Shown piece after piece: positions 36,213-43,085 of a stretch of DNA of 64,000 bases; the first letter of the stretch is position 1; every line of letters starts with the position of its first letter. The stretch comes from Chthoniobacterales bacterium (GTDB taxonomy: Bacteria > Verrucomicrobiota > Verrucomicrobiia > Chthoniobacterales > UBA10450), in contig JBJMXD010000005.1 in the NCBI GenBank assembly GCA_045809795.1, positions 225,177 through 289,176 on the forward strand, given 5' to 3'. Position numbers and translations under genes: made by a program. The notes beneath the pieces were generated by a model. The model was not told the DNA's origin, made no database searches, and was given only the letters and a program-made list of their open reading frames with translations.

Positions 36213-36335
36213 ATCTAACCAAACGATGGAGCGAACGGCTGGCAGCCATGGAAAGTAAGATTTAAGAATTATGAAGCATGAAACCGCAGCGACGCGCCGT
36301 CCCGCCAGCCGTCGCTCATGTTGTTCTCGTTAGGC
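36213..36335 (+). repeat. attC4 (123 bp, loop class II)
   Basis: ATCTAAC ... GAGCGAACGGCTGGC ... GGAAAGTAAGATTTAAGAATTATGAAG ... GCCAGCCGTCGCTC ... GTTAGGC. Confidence 0.85.
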
Positions 36336-36353
36336 GACTAGCACGCGTCACCC

Positions 36354-36704
36354 ATGGATCCATTTCCAGAACCGCATGAACTGCTCTCATTCTTCTCGCA
36401 GGAGCCGGAGCTCGCGCACGCCGACACGCCGCCCTTTTACAATACCCTCAGATTCAGCGGGCGCGTCGGTGAGATCGCTTACGTCGTCAGGATTTCTCCG
36501 TCAGATCGCGAGCTACGGCTGCAGACGCAGTCCGACCAGATGAATGTCGATCTTGCCGTCACAGATGTCGCTGGCCTTACGGTTCACGAGGGGCCGACGG
36601 AGTCCCTTATGATGGCGACGTTTTCGCCTGACAGTCGACGCGGGCTTCTTAAGTTTCGTCTGCATCCACGCCTTGAGGTCGAATGGCCGTTCGAGAAGCA
36701 TTGA
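36354..36704 (+). CDS. Cassette 5 ORF, hypothetical
   Basis: 116 aa with an ATG start. No signal peptide. Confidence 0.55.
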   Translation: MDPFPEPHELLSFFSQEPELAHADTPPFYNTLRFSGRVGEIAYVVRISPSDRELRLQTQSDQMNVDLAVTDVAGLTVHEGPTESLMMATFSPDSRRGLLKFRLHPRLEVEWPFEKH

Positions 36705-36714
36705 CGACCGGTCG

Positions 36715-36837
36715 CCTAACCATGCGATGGAGCGAACGGCGGACCGCTGTGCGCTCCACTTTTGAGATGACTTCCACACTTCCACTCCGAGCGACGCGCG
36801 CTCTGGTCCGCCGTCGCTCATCTTGTTCTCGTTAGGC
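36715..36837 (+). repeat. attC5 (123 bp, loop class I)
   Basis: GCCTAAC ... GAGCGAACGGCGGACC ... TTTGAGATGACTTCCACACTTCCACTCCGAGCGA ... GGTCCGCCGTCGCTC ... GTTAGGC. Confidence 0.85.
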
Positions 36838-36839
36838 GT

Positions 36840-38072
36840 ATGAAACCACGCCCTCGATATTATTATGCCGCACTGCTCGGTGTCTTGTGTGCCGCTGGTT
36901 CGGGCCCCCTTCGGGCCGATCACGTGGATGACGTCGTAGCGGCGCAGATAAGACAACACCACATTCCGGGACTCGCGCTGGCAATCATCGAAGGAGGTGC
37001 GGTCGCCAGAGAACAAGGTTATGGATACGCGGACACAAGCCAGAGGACGGCAGTGACGCCTTCAACGCTTTTTCAGGCCGGCTCCGTCAGCAAAGCCGTC
37101 TCCGCATTGGGCGCGCTGCATCTCGTTGATCAGGGCAAAGCGTCACTAGACGAGGATATCAACTCGAAGCTGCGGACATGGCAAATACCGCAGAACGGGT
37201 TCACAAAAGAACATGCCGTGACGCTGCGGCTGATTCTCAGCCATAGTGCGGGTCTGACAGTGCATGGGTTTTCAGGCTATCCGGTGGACGCACCGCTCCC
37301 GTCCCTCGTGCAGATTCTCAACGGGCAAAGGCCGGCTAATTCAGCCGCGGTTCGCGTTGAAGAAGTTCCGGGGAGCCATTGGAATTACTCGGGAGGAGGC
37401 TATCTCGTCATTCAGCAAATGATAATGGATCTTACAGGAAAGCCGTTTGGGCAGTATATGCATGAGACGGTTCTGCAGCCTCTCGGGATGGTTTCCAGCT
37501 CGTATGCACAGCCGTTGCCAGCCGCAATGGCCGACCACGCGGCGACGGGTTACGCCGGTCTGTTTCGCCGTGCCATCAAAGGCCGCTGGCGTGTTCATCC
37601 GGAGTTGGCGGCCGCGGGTCTGTGGACGACGCCTGGCGATCTGGCTCGCTTCTTGATAGGTATCCAGCGCTCACGCGCTGGCACCTCCAATCCGATCATC
37701 TCGCGGTCCACCACGCGTCAAATGCTGACGAACCAAAAAAATGATGATGGTCTCGGCGTATTTATCGGAGGCGAGCCGCTCAAGTTCGGCCACGACGGAA
37801 GCAACGTGGGGTTCGATACCATGACCATCGCTTTTGCCGATAGAGGGCAAGGCGCAGTTATCATGATGAACACCAATGTGGACATCAAAGCTCTGAAAGA
37901 GATTCTGTTGGATGCTATCGGCGAGCAGTATCGCTGGCCGGGTTATCCAGTTGGATCGCGCCGAACGCCTAACCATGCGATGCAGCCAACCCCTGGCCGG
38001 CGTACGACCCAGTTTTCCATGACTTTAACCTCTCATCCCGCAGCCACGCGCGCCCACGCCAGCGGTGGCTGA
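36840..38072 (+). CDS. Cassette 6 ORF, secreted beta-lactamase-fold serine hydrolase (class C / family VIII esterase / PBP-like)
   Basis: 410 aa. Signal peptide YYYAALLGVLCAAGSGPLRA. Has SxxK (FQAGSVSKAV), YSGGGY and HDGSNVGF motifs. The last ~35 codons run through attC6. Confidence 0.85.
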   Translation: MKPRPRYYYAALLGVLCAAGSGPLRADHVDDVVAAQIRQHHIPGLALAIIEGGAVAREQGYGYADTSQRTAVTPSTLFQAGSVSKAVSALGALHLVDQGKASLDEDINSKLRTWQIPQNGFTKEHAVTLRLILSHSAGLTVHGFSGYPVDAPLPSLVQILNGQRPANSAAVRVEEVPGSHWNYSGGGYLVIQQMIMDLTGKPFGQYMHETVLQPLGMVSSSYAQPLPAAMADHAATGYAGLFRRAIKGRWRVHPELAAAGLWTTPGDLARFLIGIQRSRAGTSNPIISRSTTRQMLTNQKNDDGLGVFIGGEPLKFGHDGSNVGFDTMTIAFADRGQGAVIMMNTNVDIKALKEILLDAIGEQYRWPGYPVGSRRTPNHAMQPTPGRRTTQFSMTLTSHPAATRAHASGG

Positions 38073-38089
38073 TCTTGTTCTCGTTAGGT
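37967..38089 (+). repeat. attC6 (123 bp, divergent, class IV-related loop)
   Basis: GCCTAAC ... CAGCCAACCCCTGGC / GCCAGCGGTGGCTG ... GTTAGGT. Fully contained in the 3' end of the preceding ORF. Confidence 0.8.
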
Positions 38090-38107
38090 GACTAGAACGT
38101 CCTCCCT

Positions 38108-38461
38108 GTGGCCAATCCCGACAAACGCACTTCGTATCTCAAAAAGCTCGTCAGTGCCGCGCGCGCCGTCATCACCTATCAGGTCGGTTTGCCATTCGGC
38201 TGCGCGCGCATTGGCGGGCTCCTCTCTGCGCTGCGCCCGTTCGAGCCGCTCGATTATCCTGTATTCGACGAGTACCGTAATGCCATCGTCAATCTGCCGG
38301 TGGGGACGGAGCGGCTTCATTGGGCCCGTGAGAGTCTCCGCGAGAAGGACATTCGGCTCGAAGCCATCACTGGTGAGTTTCGCGATCGCATTTTCGAGGC
38401 CTGTTATGACATCATTGATCGCCATGCCGAGCCTGTTGACAAGCAACGCGACGTCACCTAA
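38108..38461 (+). CDS. Cassette 7 ORF, hypothetical
   Basis: 117 aa with a GTG start. The stop TAA is the TAA of the attC7 R'' box. Confidence 0.5.
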   Translation: MANPDKRTSYLKKLVSAARAVITYQVGLPFGCARIGGLLSALRPFEPLDYPVFDEYRNAIVNLPVGTERLHWARESLREKDIRLEAITGEFRDRIFEACYDIIDRHAEPVDKQRDVT

Positions 38462-38578
38462 CCAAGCGATGGAGCGAACGGCCGGCAGTCCTGGAAAGTA
38501 AGATTTAAGAATTATGAAGGATGAAACCAAAGCCACGCGCTCTCCGGCCAGCCGTCGCTCATCTAATTCTCGTTAGAT
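38456..38578 (+). repeat. attC7 (123 bp, loop class II)
   Basis: ACCTAAC ... GGAAAGTAAGATTTAAGAATTATGAAGG ... CCAGCCGTCGCTCATCTAATTCTCGTTAGAT. Confidence 0.85.
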
Positions 38579-38972
38579 GGCTCCGCGCTCCTTTTGGCGG
38601 TCTCGCTTGATCCTCCTTTGCGCATTTCTGCTGGTTGCCGGATGCGTATCACTGACAAGTGTCGTTCTCGCACCCAATCCCCACCCGCGTGAGGCATTAA
38701 CCCTCGATTTGCGCCTGGCGTACGTGCACATTCACCGTCAAACCATAATGGACACGCTTCTCGCGATCGACAGCGCCATCAAACGACAGTCCGGCCGGAG
38801 GCATGGCCTCGCCTTCTCCGTGGAATACGGAGGGGGCAAAAATGTTTCCATTGATGCTCACGACATGACTGTGAGGAGCTTGCTCCTCCAGATCTGTCGC
38901 CAGTCTGACCTCATTTGCGAGATGGACGATCCGAATTCGCCTTACGACGTTTCCATCACCTCCCGAAACTAG
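38577..38972 (+). CDS. Cassette 8 ORF, lipoprotein
   Basis: 131 aa. The ATG overlaps the R' core. Lipobox LLVAGC. Confidence 0.65.
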   Translation: MAPRSFWRSRLILLCAFLLVAGCVSLTSVVLAPNPHPREALTLDLRLAYVHIHRQTIMDTLLAIDSAIKRQSGRRHGLAFSVEYGGGKNVSIDAHDMTVRSLLLQICRQSDLICEMDDPNSPYDVSITSRN

Positions 38973-38981
38973 AGTGAAAAC

Positions 38982-39104
38982 ATCTAACCATGCGATGGAG
39001 CGAACGGCGGACCGTCCGTATGCAAGGCGGAATTAAAAATTAAGAATTATGAAACAAGCAACGCGCGCTCTCGTCCGCCGTTGCTCATCTTGTTCTCGTT
39101 AGGC
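38982..39104 (+). repeat. attC8 (123 bp, class III variant)
   Basis: ATCTAAC ... GAGCGAACGGCGGAC ... AATTAAAAATTAAGAATTATGAAAC ... GTCCGCCGTTGCTC ... GTTAGGC. Confidence 0.85.
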
Positions 39105-39112
39105 CTCTCCAA

Positions 39113-39802
39113 ATGCGCTGGTTACAAATCTTCGCCATTCCAGCTGTTGTGGTAACCGCTTTTGCGGCAGACCAAGCTATCACAGTCGGCGGCGACCGAG
39201 CGAAGGAACTGTCCCGGGAAGACATCAGCAATATCGTATTGCTTTGCAAACAGACGCGACCTTCGGAACGTCTGTGGGCGGTTGTTACCGATAAGAGCCC
39301 TGCCGCACCAAACCAGATGTTACGCGCCACAGTCTATTTCTATCCGACTTTGATTCAGTCTCGGCTCAGGACGGGTTCGGCAGCTTCGGTGACCGCGGGA
39401 GTATCTGCCGACAAATTCGTCAGCATACAATCTCGGCAAGGACGCTGGATTAGCAGCGGAGCGCAATTAGCCAAGTATGCACAAGTTGCCATCGATGATA
39501 GCCAGTTCCTGAATGCACCTGGAGACATTCGCGACCCCCAAGAAGGCCCATTTTTTGTCGCCAACGAGATTTTAGACGCGGACATTGTTTCGATCGTCGA
39601 TTCCTTGCGCGCTTTCTTACGGGCCGATCCCAGTTCCGCCGGACCGGCGCGCAGGACTCATCCAATCACCATCATGATGGGTTCCAAGAGTCATGCTGAG
39701 GTCTGGTCGAGTGGGGGCGATAAGCATTTTGACACCTACGTGCTCGACAAGCACGGCGAGAAGTGGAGCATTTCTAAGACTGGACAGTTCGACGCACAAT
39801 GA
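39113..39802 (+). CDS. Cassette 9 ORF, secreted protein
   Basis: 229 aa. Signal peptide MRWLQIFAIPAVVVTAFAA. Confidence 0.65.
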   Translation: MRWLQIFAIPAVVVTAFAADQAITVGGDRAKELSREDISNIVLLCKQTRPSERLWAVVTDKSPAAPNQMLRATVYFYPTLIQSRLRTGSAASVTAGVSADKFVSIQSRQGRWISSGAQLAKYAQVAIDDSQFLNAPGDIRDPQEGPFFVANEILDADIVSIVDSLRAFLRADPSSAGPARRTHPITIMMGSKSHAEVWSSGGDKHFDTYVLDKHGEKWSISKTGQFDAQ

Positions 39803-39818
39803 CAAGTCGCCCCACGAC

Positions 39819-39941
39819 GCCTAACCAAGCGATGGAGCGAACGGCGGACCGCCGGATGACAAGTATGAAGGAAGAATTAAGAATTAAGAAGTATTCGGAG
39901 CGCGCTCTCGTCCGCCGTCGCTCATCTTGTTCTCGTTAGGC
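39819..39941 (+). repeat. attC9 (123 bp, loop class III)
   Basis: GCCTAAC ... ATGACAAGTATGAAGGAAGAATTAAGAATTAAGAAGTAT ... GTTAGGC. Nearly identical to attC3. Confidence 0.85.
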
Positions 39942-39943
39942 CC

Positions 39944-40318
39944 ATGCAGCGCGTCTTGATGCCATTGGTCACCTTCATCGGTGCGATTATCGCATCTACG
40001 GTGATGGCGGCGTCGGATATCCCATTAATCTGCGAGGAGAACCTTGCCACCGAACACAAGCGGTGCGGCATCTCTGACGCGCAGGCTCGTGAGGCCATGC
40101 GCTTCGTCAGGAGGATTCCCGGTGTGAGTCATCAGATCATCACGATCGATGCGCTCGATCTACCGCAGGTTGTCGTCACCACAGGCGAGCCATTCGAGCG
40201 GGGCCACACCGTCTTTTTGCGACGGATGGGTCGGCGTTGGACAGTGGAGAAGACGGTCCCGTGGACCAAGAAAGATTGGATCATCTTAGGCGCGAACAGG
40301 CCTAACCAAACGCTGTAG
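39944..40318 (+). CDS. Cassette 10 ORF, secreted protein
   Basis: 124 aa. Signal peptide LMPLVTFIGAIIASTVMAA. The reading frame passes through the attC10 R'' box. Confidence 0.6.
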   Translation: MQRVLMPLVTFIGAIIASTVMAASDIPLICEENLATEHKRCGISDAQAREAMRFVRRIPGVSHQIITIDALDLPQVVVTTGEPFERGHTVFLRRMGRRWTVEKTVPWTKKDWIILGANRPNQTL

Positions 40319-40423
40319 CGAACGCCTACCCGTCGTTCGCCCAACATTTCCTATGACTAAACCATTTCACCTCCGATCGACGCTCGCCTCTGGTAGGCGT
40401 CACTGATCTCTTTCTGGTTAGAC
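40300..40423 (+). repeat. attC10 (124 bp, loop class IV)
   Basis: GCCTAAC ... GTAGCGAACGCCTACC ... CATGACTAAACCATTTCAC ... GGTAGGCGTCACTG ... GTTAGAC. Confidence 0.8.
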
Positions 40424-40425
40424 CT

Positions 40426-41028
40426 ATGAGCACGCCATTCCAAGTCGTCGCGCTGGTCGGACTAGCGGCCTGGCTGTGCCCGAAGGCCTACGCGCCGATC
40501 TACGGTGGCTATCCAGGTTTGCATTCGCTCATCAAACAGTCAGAAATTGTCGCCGCCGTCACGATACTCGAGCGGTTGTCGGACGACGATTTCGGTGATT
40601 CCGCGCGATACAAGATACAGTTCGACAAGCTGCTGAAGGGATCCGCGTCAGAGAAGCAAGTCGTCGCTTACCTCCGCTACCTCGAAATCATTCCAGAGGA
40701 GGAGATGCGACGCACCCCTCGGCCGGGGCCGCAGCCATCAACCCATTACTTTGCTCTAACGGACCGGCTTGAGCCGTTCCGTAGGCAAGCGCGGTTCGTT
40801 GTCTTCTTAACGAAAGCGAGGAAAGAGGTCGAGACGGCATACGAAAACGTTAACTGCATGGGATCGACATTTCCTTTGTCCCCGCTAAGAGATCTTGACG
40901 CGCTCAAGATGGATTCATTGCCGGATACCCTGATTCTCCTTTTCCGAGAGTATGTTGACTTCAGGCGCACAGAGCTGAAGGAAGTTGAGGCGCAGCTAAG
41001 TGAATTTGTTCATCATCGCGACGAATAG
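40426..41028 (+). CDS. Cassette 11 ORF, secreted protein
   Basis: 200 aa. Signal-like N-terminus FQVVALVGLAAWLCPKAYA. The TAG stop abuts attC11. Confidence 0.65.
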   Translation: MSTPFQVVALVGLAAWLCPKAYAPIYGGYPGLHSLIKQSEIVAAVTILERLSDDDFGDSARYKIQFDKLLKGSASEKQVVAYLRYLEIIPEEEMRRTPRPGPQPSTHYFALTDRLEPFRRQARFVVFLTKARKEVETAYENVNCMGSTFPLSPLRDLDALKMDSLPDTLILLFREYVDFRRTELKEVEAQLSEFVHHRDE

Positions 41029-41151
41029 GTCTAACCAAGCGATGGAGCGAACGGCTGGCAGCAGTGGAAAGTAAGATTTAAGAAGTATGAAGGAAAAAAC
41101 CGCAGCCACGCGCTGTTCCCCCAGCCGTCGCTCATCTTGTTCTCGTTAGAC
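41029..41151 (+). repeat. attC11 (123 bp, loop class II)
   Basis: GTCTAAC ... GAGCGAACGGCTGG ... GGAAAGTAAGATTTAAGAAGTATGAAGG ... CCAGCCGTCGCTC ... GTTAGAC. Confidence 0.85.
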
Positions 41152-41154
41152 CCA

Positions 41155-41682
41155 GTGAAAACGTTCGCCCTCTTGCTCTGCGTTGTTGGAATCGCGGCTG
41201 GCGAAACCCGGTCGATTAGCGATCTGACCCCGAGCGGCATAGTGGGTAATTGGGAGTCCCTGGCAGCGCGGGCGGACGGGGTACCGGTCCCCATCGTGCT
41301 CCAAATGTCTTTTACCGCTCCGGACGCCGCACACCTCGTGGTCAGTAACTCCACGGATCCGGAGTCTACTCCTCGGTTTCTTGGGAAGCTGACGAGTTCC
41401 AGCCTAATCAAAGGGAAGATCCATCTTAGATTTTCTGCAGTGCCTCCATATCCGATTCCTGCCGAGGGAGTGGATTATGGATATGATCGAGTAGAGATCG
41501 ACGGGCGCGCGACCGATGCCGGTGAGCTCTCCTCGGTGGAAGGAACGCTTGTGATGCACGGTACAAAGGAGAAGGAAGTGACGTATCGCGTTTTTTTCCT
41601 TAAGTCGCTTTGGGTGCATGAGCTTGCTCAATATTCGAGAGCCGCTCAGGAAATCATAAAGAATGTGCAAGCTCACCATTAG
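41155..41682 (+). CDS. Cassette 12 ORF, secreted protein
   Basis: GTG at 41155 gives (M)KTFALLLCVVGIAAG. The track start at 41137 is a TTG inside attC11 and was rejected. Confidence 0.6.
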   Translation: MKTFALLLCVVGIAAGETRSISDLTPSGIVGNWESLAARADGVPVPIVLQMSFTAPDAAHLVVSNSTDPESTPRFLGKLTSSSLIKGKIHLRFSAVPPYPIPAEGVDYGYDRVEIDGRATDAGELSSVEGTLVMHGTKEKEVTYRVFFLKSLWVHELAQYSRAAQEIIKNVQAHH

Positions 41683-41804
41683 TCTAACCACGCGATGCAG
41701 CGAACGCCTACCCGTCGTTCGCCTGACATTTCCCATGACTAAATCATTCCACTTCCGACCAACGCTCGCCTCGGTAGGCGTCGCTGATCTCTTTCTCGTT
41801 AGAT
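41682..41804 (+). repeat. attC12 (123 bp, loop class IV)
   Basis: GTCTAAC ... CAGCGAACGCCTACC ... CATGACTAAATCATTCCAC ... GGTAGGCGTCGCTG ... GTTAGAT. Confidence 0.85.
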
Positions 41805-42312
41805 GGTAACCGCCAAGACTATTACCACGCTGCTCGCCATAGCACCGATCGTCGTCCTCGTGGTGGCTTGGGCACGGCGCTTCATATCCAACACCGATGG
41901 TGGGCTCGTTTCGGTCGATGACGTTCCGCAGCTGCTATCGGCGCTTACTGGCACCGGCAAGGATGGCTCGTTTTGGGTCGTGCTTGTCCCGAACACGGCG
42001 CGAGAGGATGGCAATTTCGCGAATCTACAATTCTCGATCGAAGGTGACCGCGTCGGGATGGATTGGGTGTTGCTCGCCAAGCGCAATATTGAAGACCAAG
42101 GCGCTTTTACCCAGTTTGTCGCTGCCGCTGGGGCGACTGTGCAAGACATAACGATGAATGGCGTCCGGTATCTCCGAGTAAGTGACGGTCCCGATCTGGC
42201 AAAGCTCGGTCAGGACTTTCTTCAGCAGGTTTATCACGTGGCGCCAGAAGACAAGCTACAGCTGATCATCACGGATTTCGCATGGACACCGAAGACGGCT
42301 GCGAAAAATTAA
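41803..42312 (+). CDS. Cassette 13 ORF, N-terminally anchored protein
   Basis: 169 aa. The ATG overlaps the R' core. TM segment TTLLAIAPIVVLVVAWA. The 3' end runs into the truncated attC13. Confidence 0.6.
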   Translation: MVTAKTITTLLAIAPIVVLVVAWARRFISNTDGGLVSVDDVPQLLSALTGTGKDGSFWVVLVPNTAREDGNFANLQFSIEGDRVGMDWVLLAKRNIEDQGAFTQFVAAAGATVQDITMNGVRYLRVSDGPDLAKLGQDFLQQVYHVAPEDKLQLIITDFAWTPKTAAKN

Positions 42313-42366
42313 GAAGTGCTCAACGTCCGCTCAGGCCAGCCGTTGCTCGCCCTGTTCTCATTAGAC
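42306..42366 (+). repeat. attC13, a 5'-truncated attC remnant (class III-like 3' half, R' degenerated to ATTAGAC)
   Basis: AAATTAAGAAGTGCT...CCAGCCGTTGCTCGCCCTGTTCTCATTAGAC. No R''/L'' half is present. Confidence 0.6.
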
Positions 42367-42379
42367 CAACGCAGGCGAA

Positions 42380-42697
42380 ATGAATGGATTATTGCTCGTC
42401 GTTACTTCTATTTCGGGCATGTTGGCATTCGCGTTTTTCCTTCTCGCGTTCATGTCGCTCACGGCGATCGACGCAGCAGAGAGGGCCGAGATAAATGAGG
42501 CCGCGCGACGGTTCTTTCCAGGAGACGGCTTCTTTGCGCAGTTAAATCGGCGTGGGTACATCCAAAGCGAAGCAGGGTCGGCGTCCCGGATGGGCGATCA
42601 TTGGCGGGCACGCCCACAAATTCGCACGTTCCTTTCACTGGGCGCCGGCTTTCTCCTTATCGCTGTGATTTGCGGGCATTTCGCCACGCTGCCATAA
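42380..42697 (+). CDS. Cassette 14 ORF, small membrane protein (2 TM)
   Basis: 105 aa; LLLVVTSISGMLAFAFFLLAFM and FLSLGAGFLLIAVICG. Confidence 0.55.
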   Translation: MNGLLLVVTSISGMLAFAFFLLAFMSLTAIDAAERAEINEAARRFFPGDGFFAQLNRRGYIQSEAGSASRMGDHWRARPQIRTFLSLGAGFLLIAVICGHFATLP

Positions 42698-42710
42698 AGT
42701 CGTATTAAAG

Positions 42711-42831
42711 GTCTAACCAGGTGATGCAGCGAACCGTGCTTGATTTTGGTTCACGTTTCAGAGCAGCAAAAGCTTTAGCTCGCCGCCAACACGCTCTCGC
42801 GGACGGAAGTTGGTCTTGTGTCTCATGAGGA
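42711..42831 (+). repeat. attC14, an attC with intact R'' (GTCTAAC) but a degenerate 3' end (…GTCTTGTGTCTCATGAGGA)
   Basis: The 5' GTCTAACCAGGTGATGCAGCGAAC matches the family. The 3' end resembles ATCTTGTTCTCGTTAG with substitutions. Confidence 0.55.
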
Positions 42832-43085
42832 GCCGACGTGTCGTGAAAACTCTCAGCGTGATTGTCGGGGGAATTCTTGTCGCGGTCGGTGTTGTCGGCA
42901 GCGCAGCGGGCGTCTTCGCGTTAATTGATCCAAAAGGTTCAAAGGCGGCAGATGATGGAGATCCATTCGGCCCGCCGTCGGGCGTTCTGGAGTCTTCGGT
43001 CATGCTGGGTGTCTACGTCGCAATTACCGCGGTTGGGGTTTACCTGTTGTGGAGGTCACGCCGGAGGCAGCGCATATCCACCTAA
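42825..43085 (+). CDS. Cassette 15 ORF, small membrane protein (2 TM)
   Basis: 86 aa from ATG at 42825, which occupies the position of the degenerate R'. The stop TAA is the TAA of the terminal R'' stub. Confidence 0.5.
   Translation: MRSRRVVKTLSVIVGGILVAVGVVGSAAGVFALIDPKGSKAADDGDPFGPPSGVLESSVMLGVYVAITAVGVYLLWRSRRRQRIST

Noticed and set aside
34558-41411. Minus-strand ORFs sharing the peptide ...NENKMSDG[GW].. (34558-34770, 35608-35919, 36513-37016, 41031-41411) or ending ...LTRTR (34659-34907, 35646-36071, 39085-39330).
   Set aside because: The shared peptides are translations of the conserved attC arms (AACGAGAACAAGATGAGCGACGG) read on the opposite strand. The rest of each ORF is antisense to a better + strand cassette ORF.
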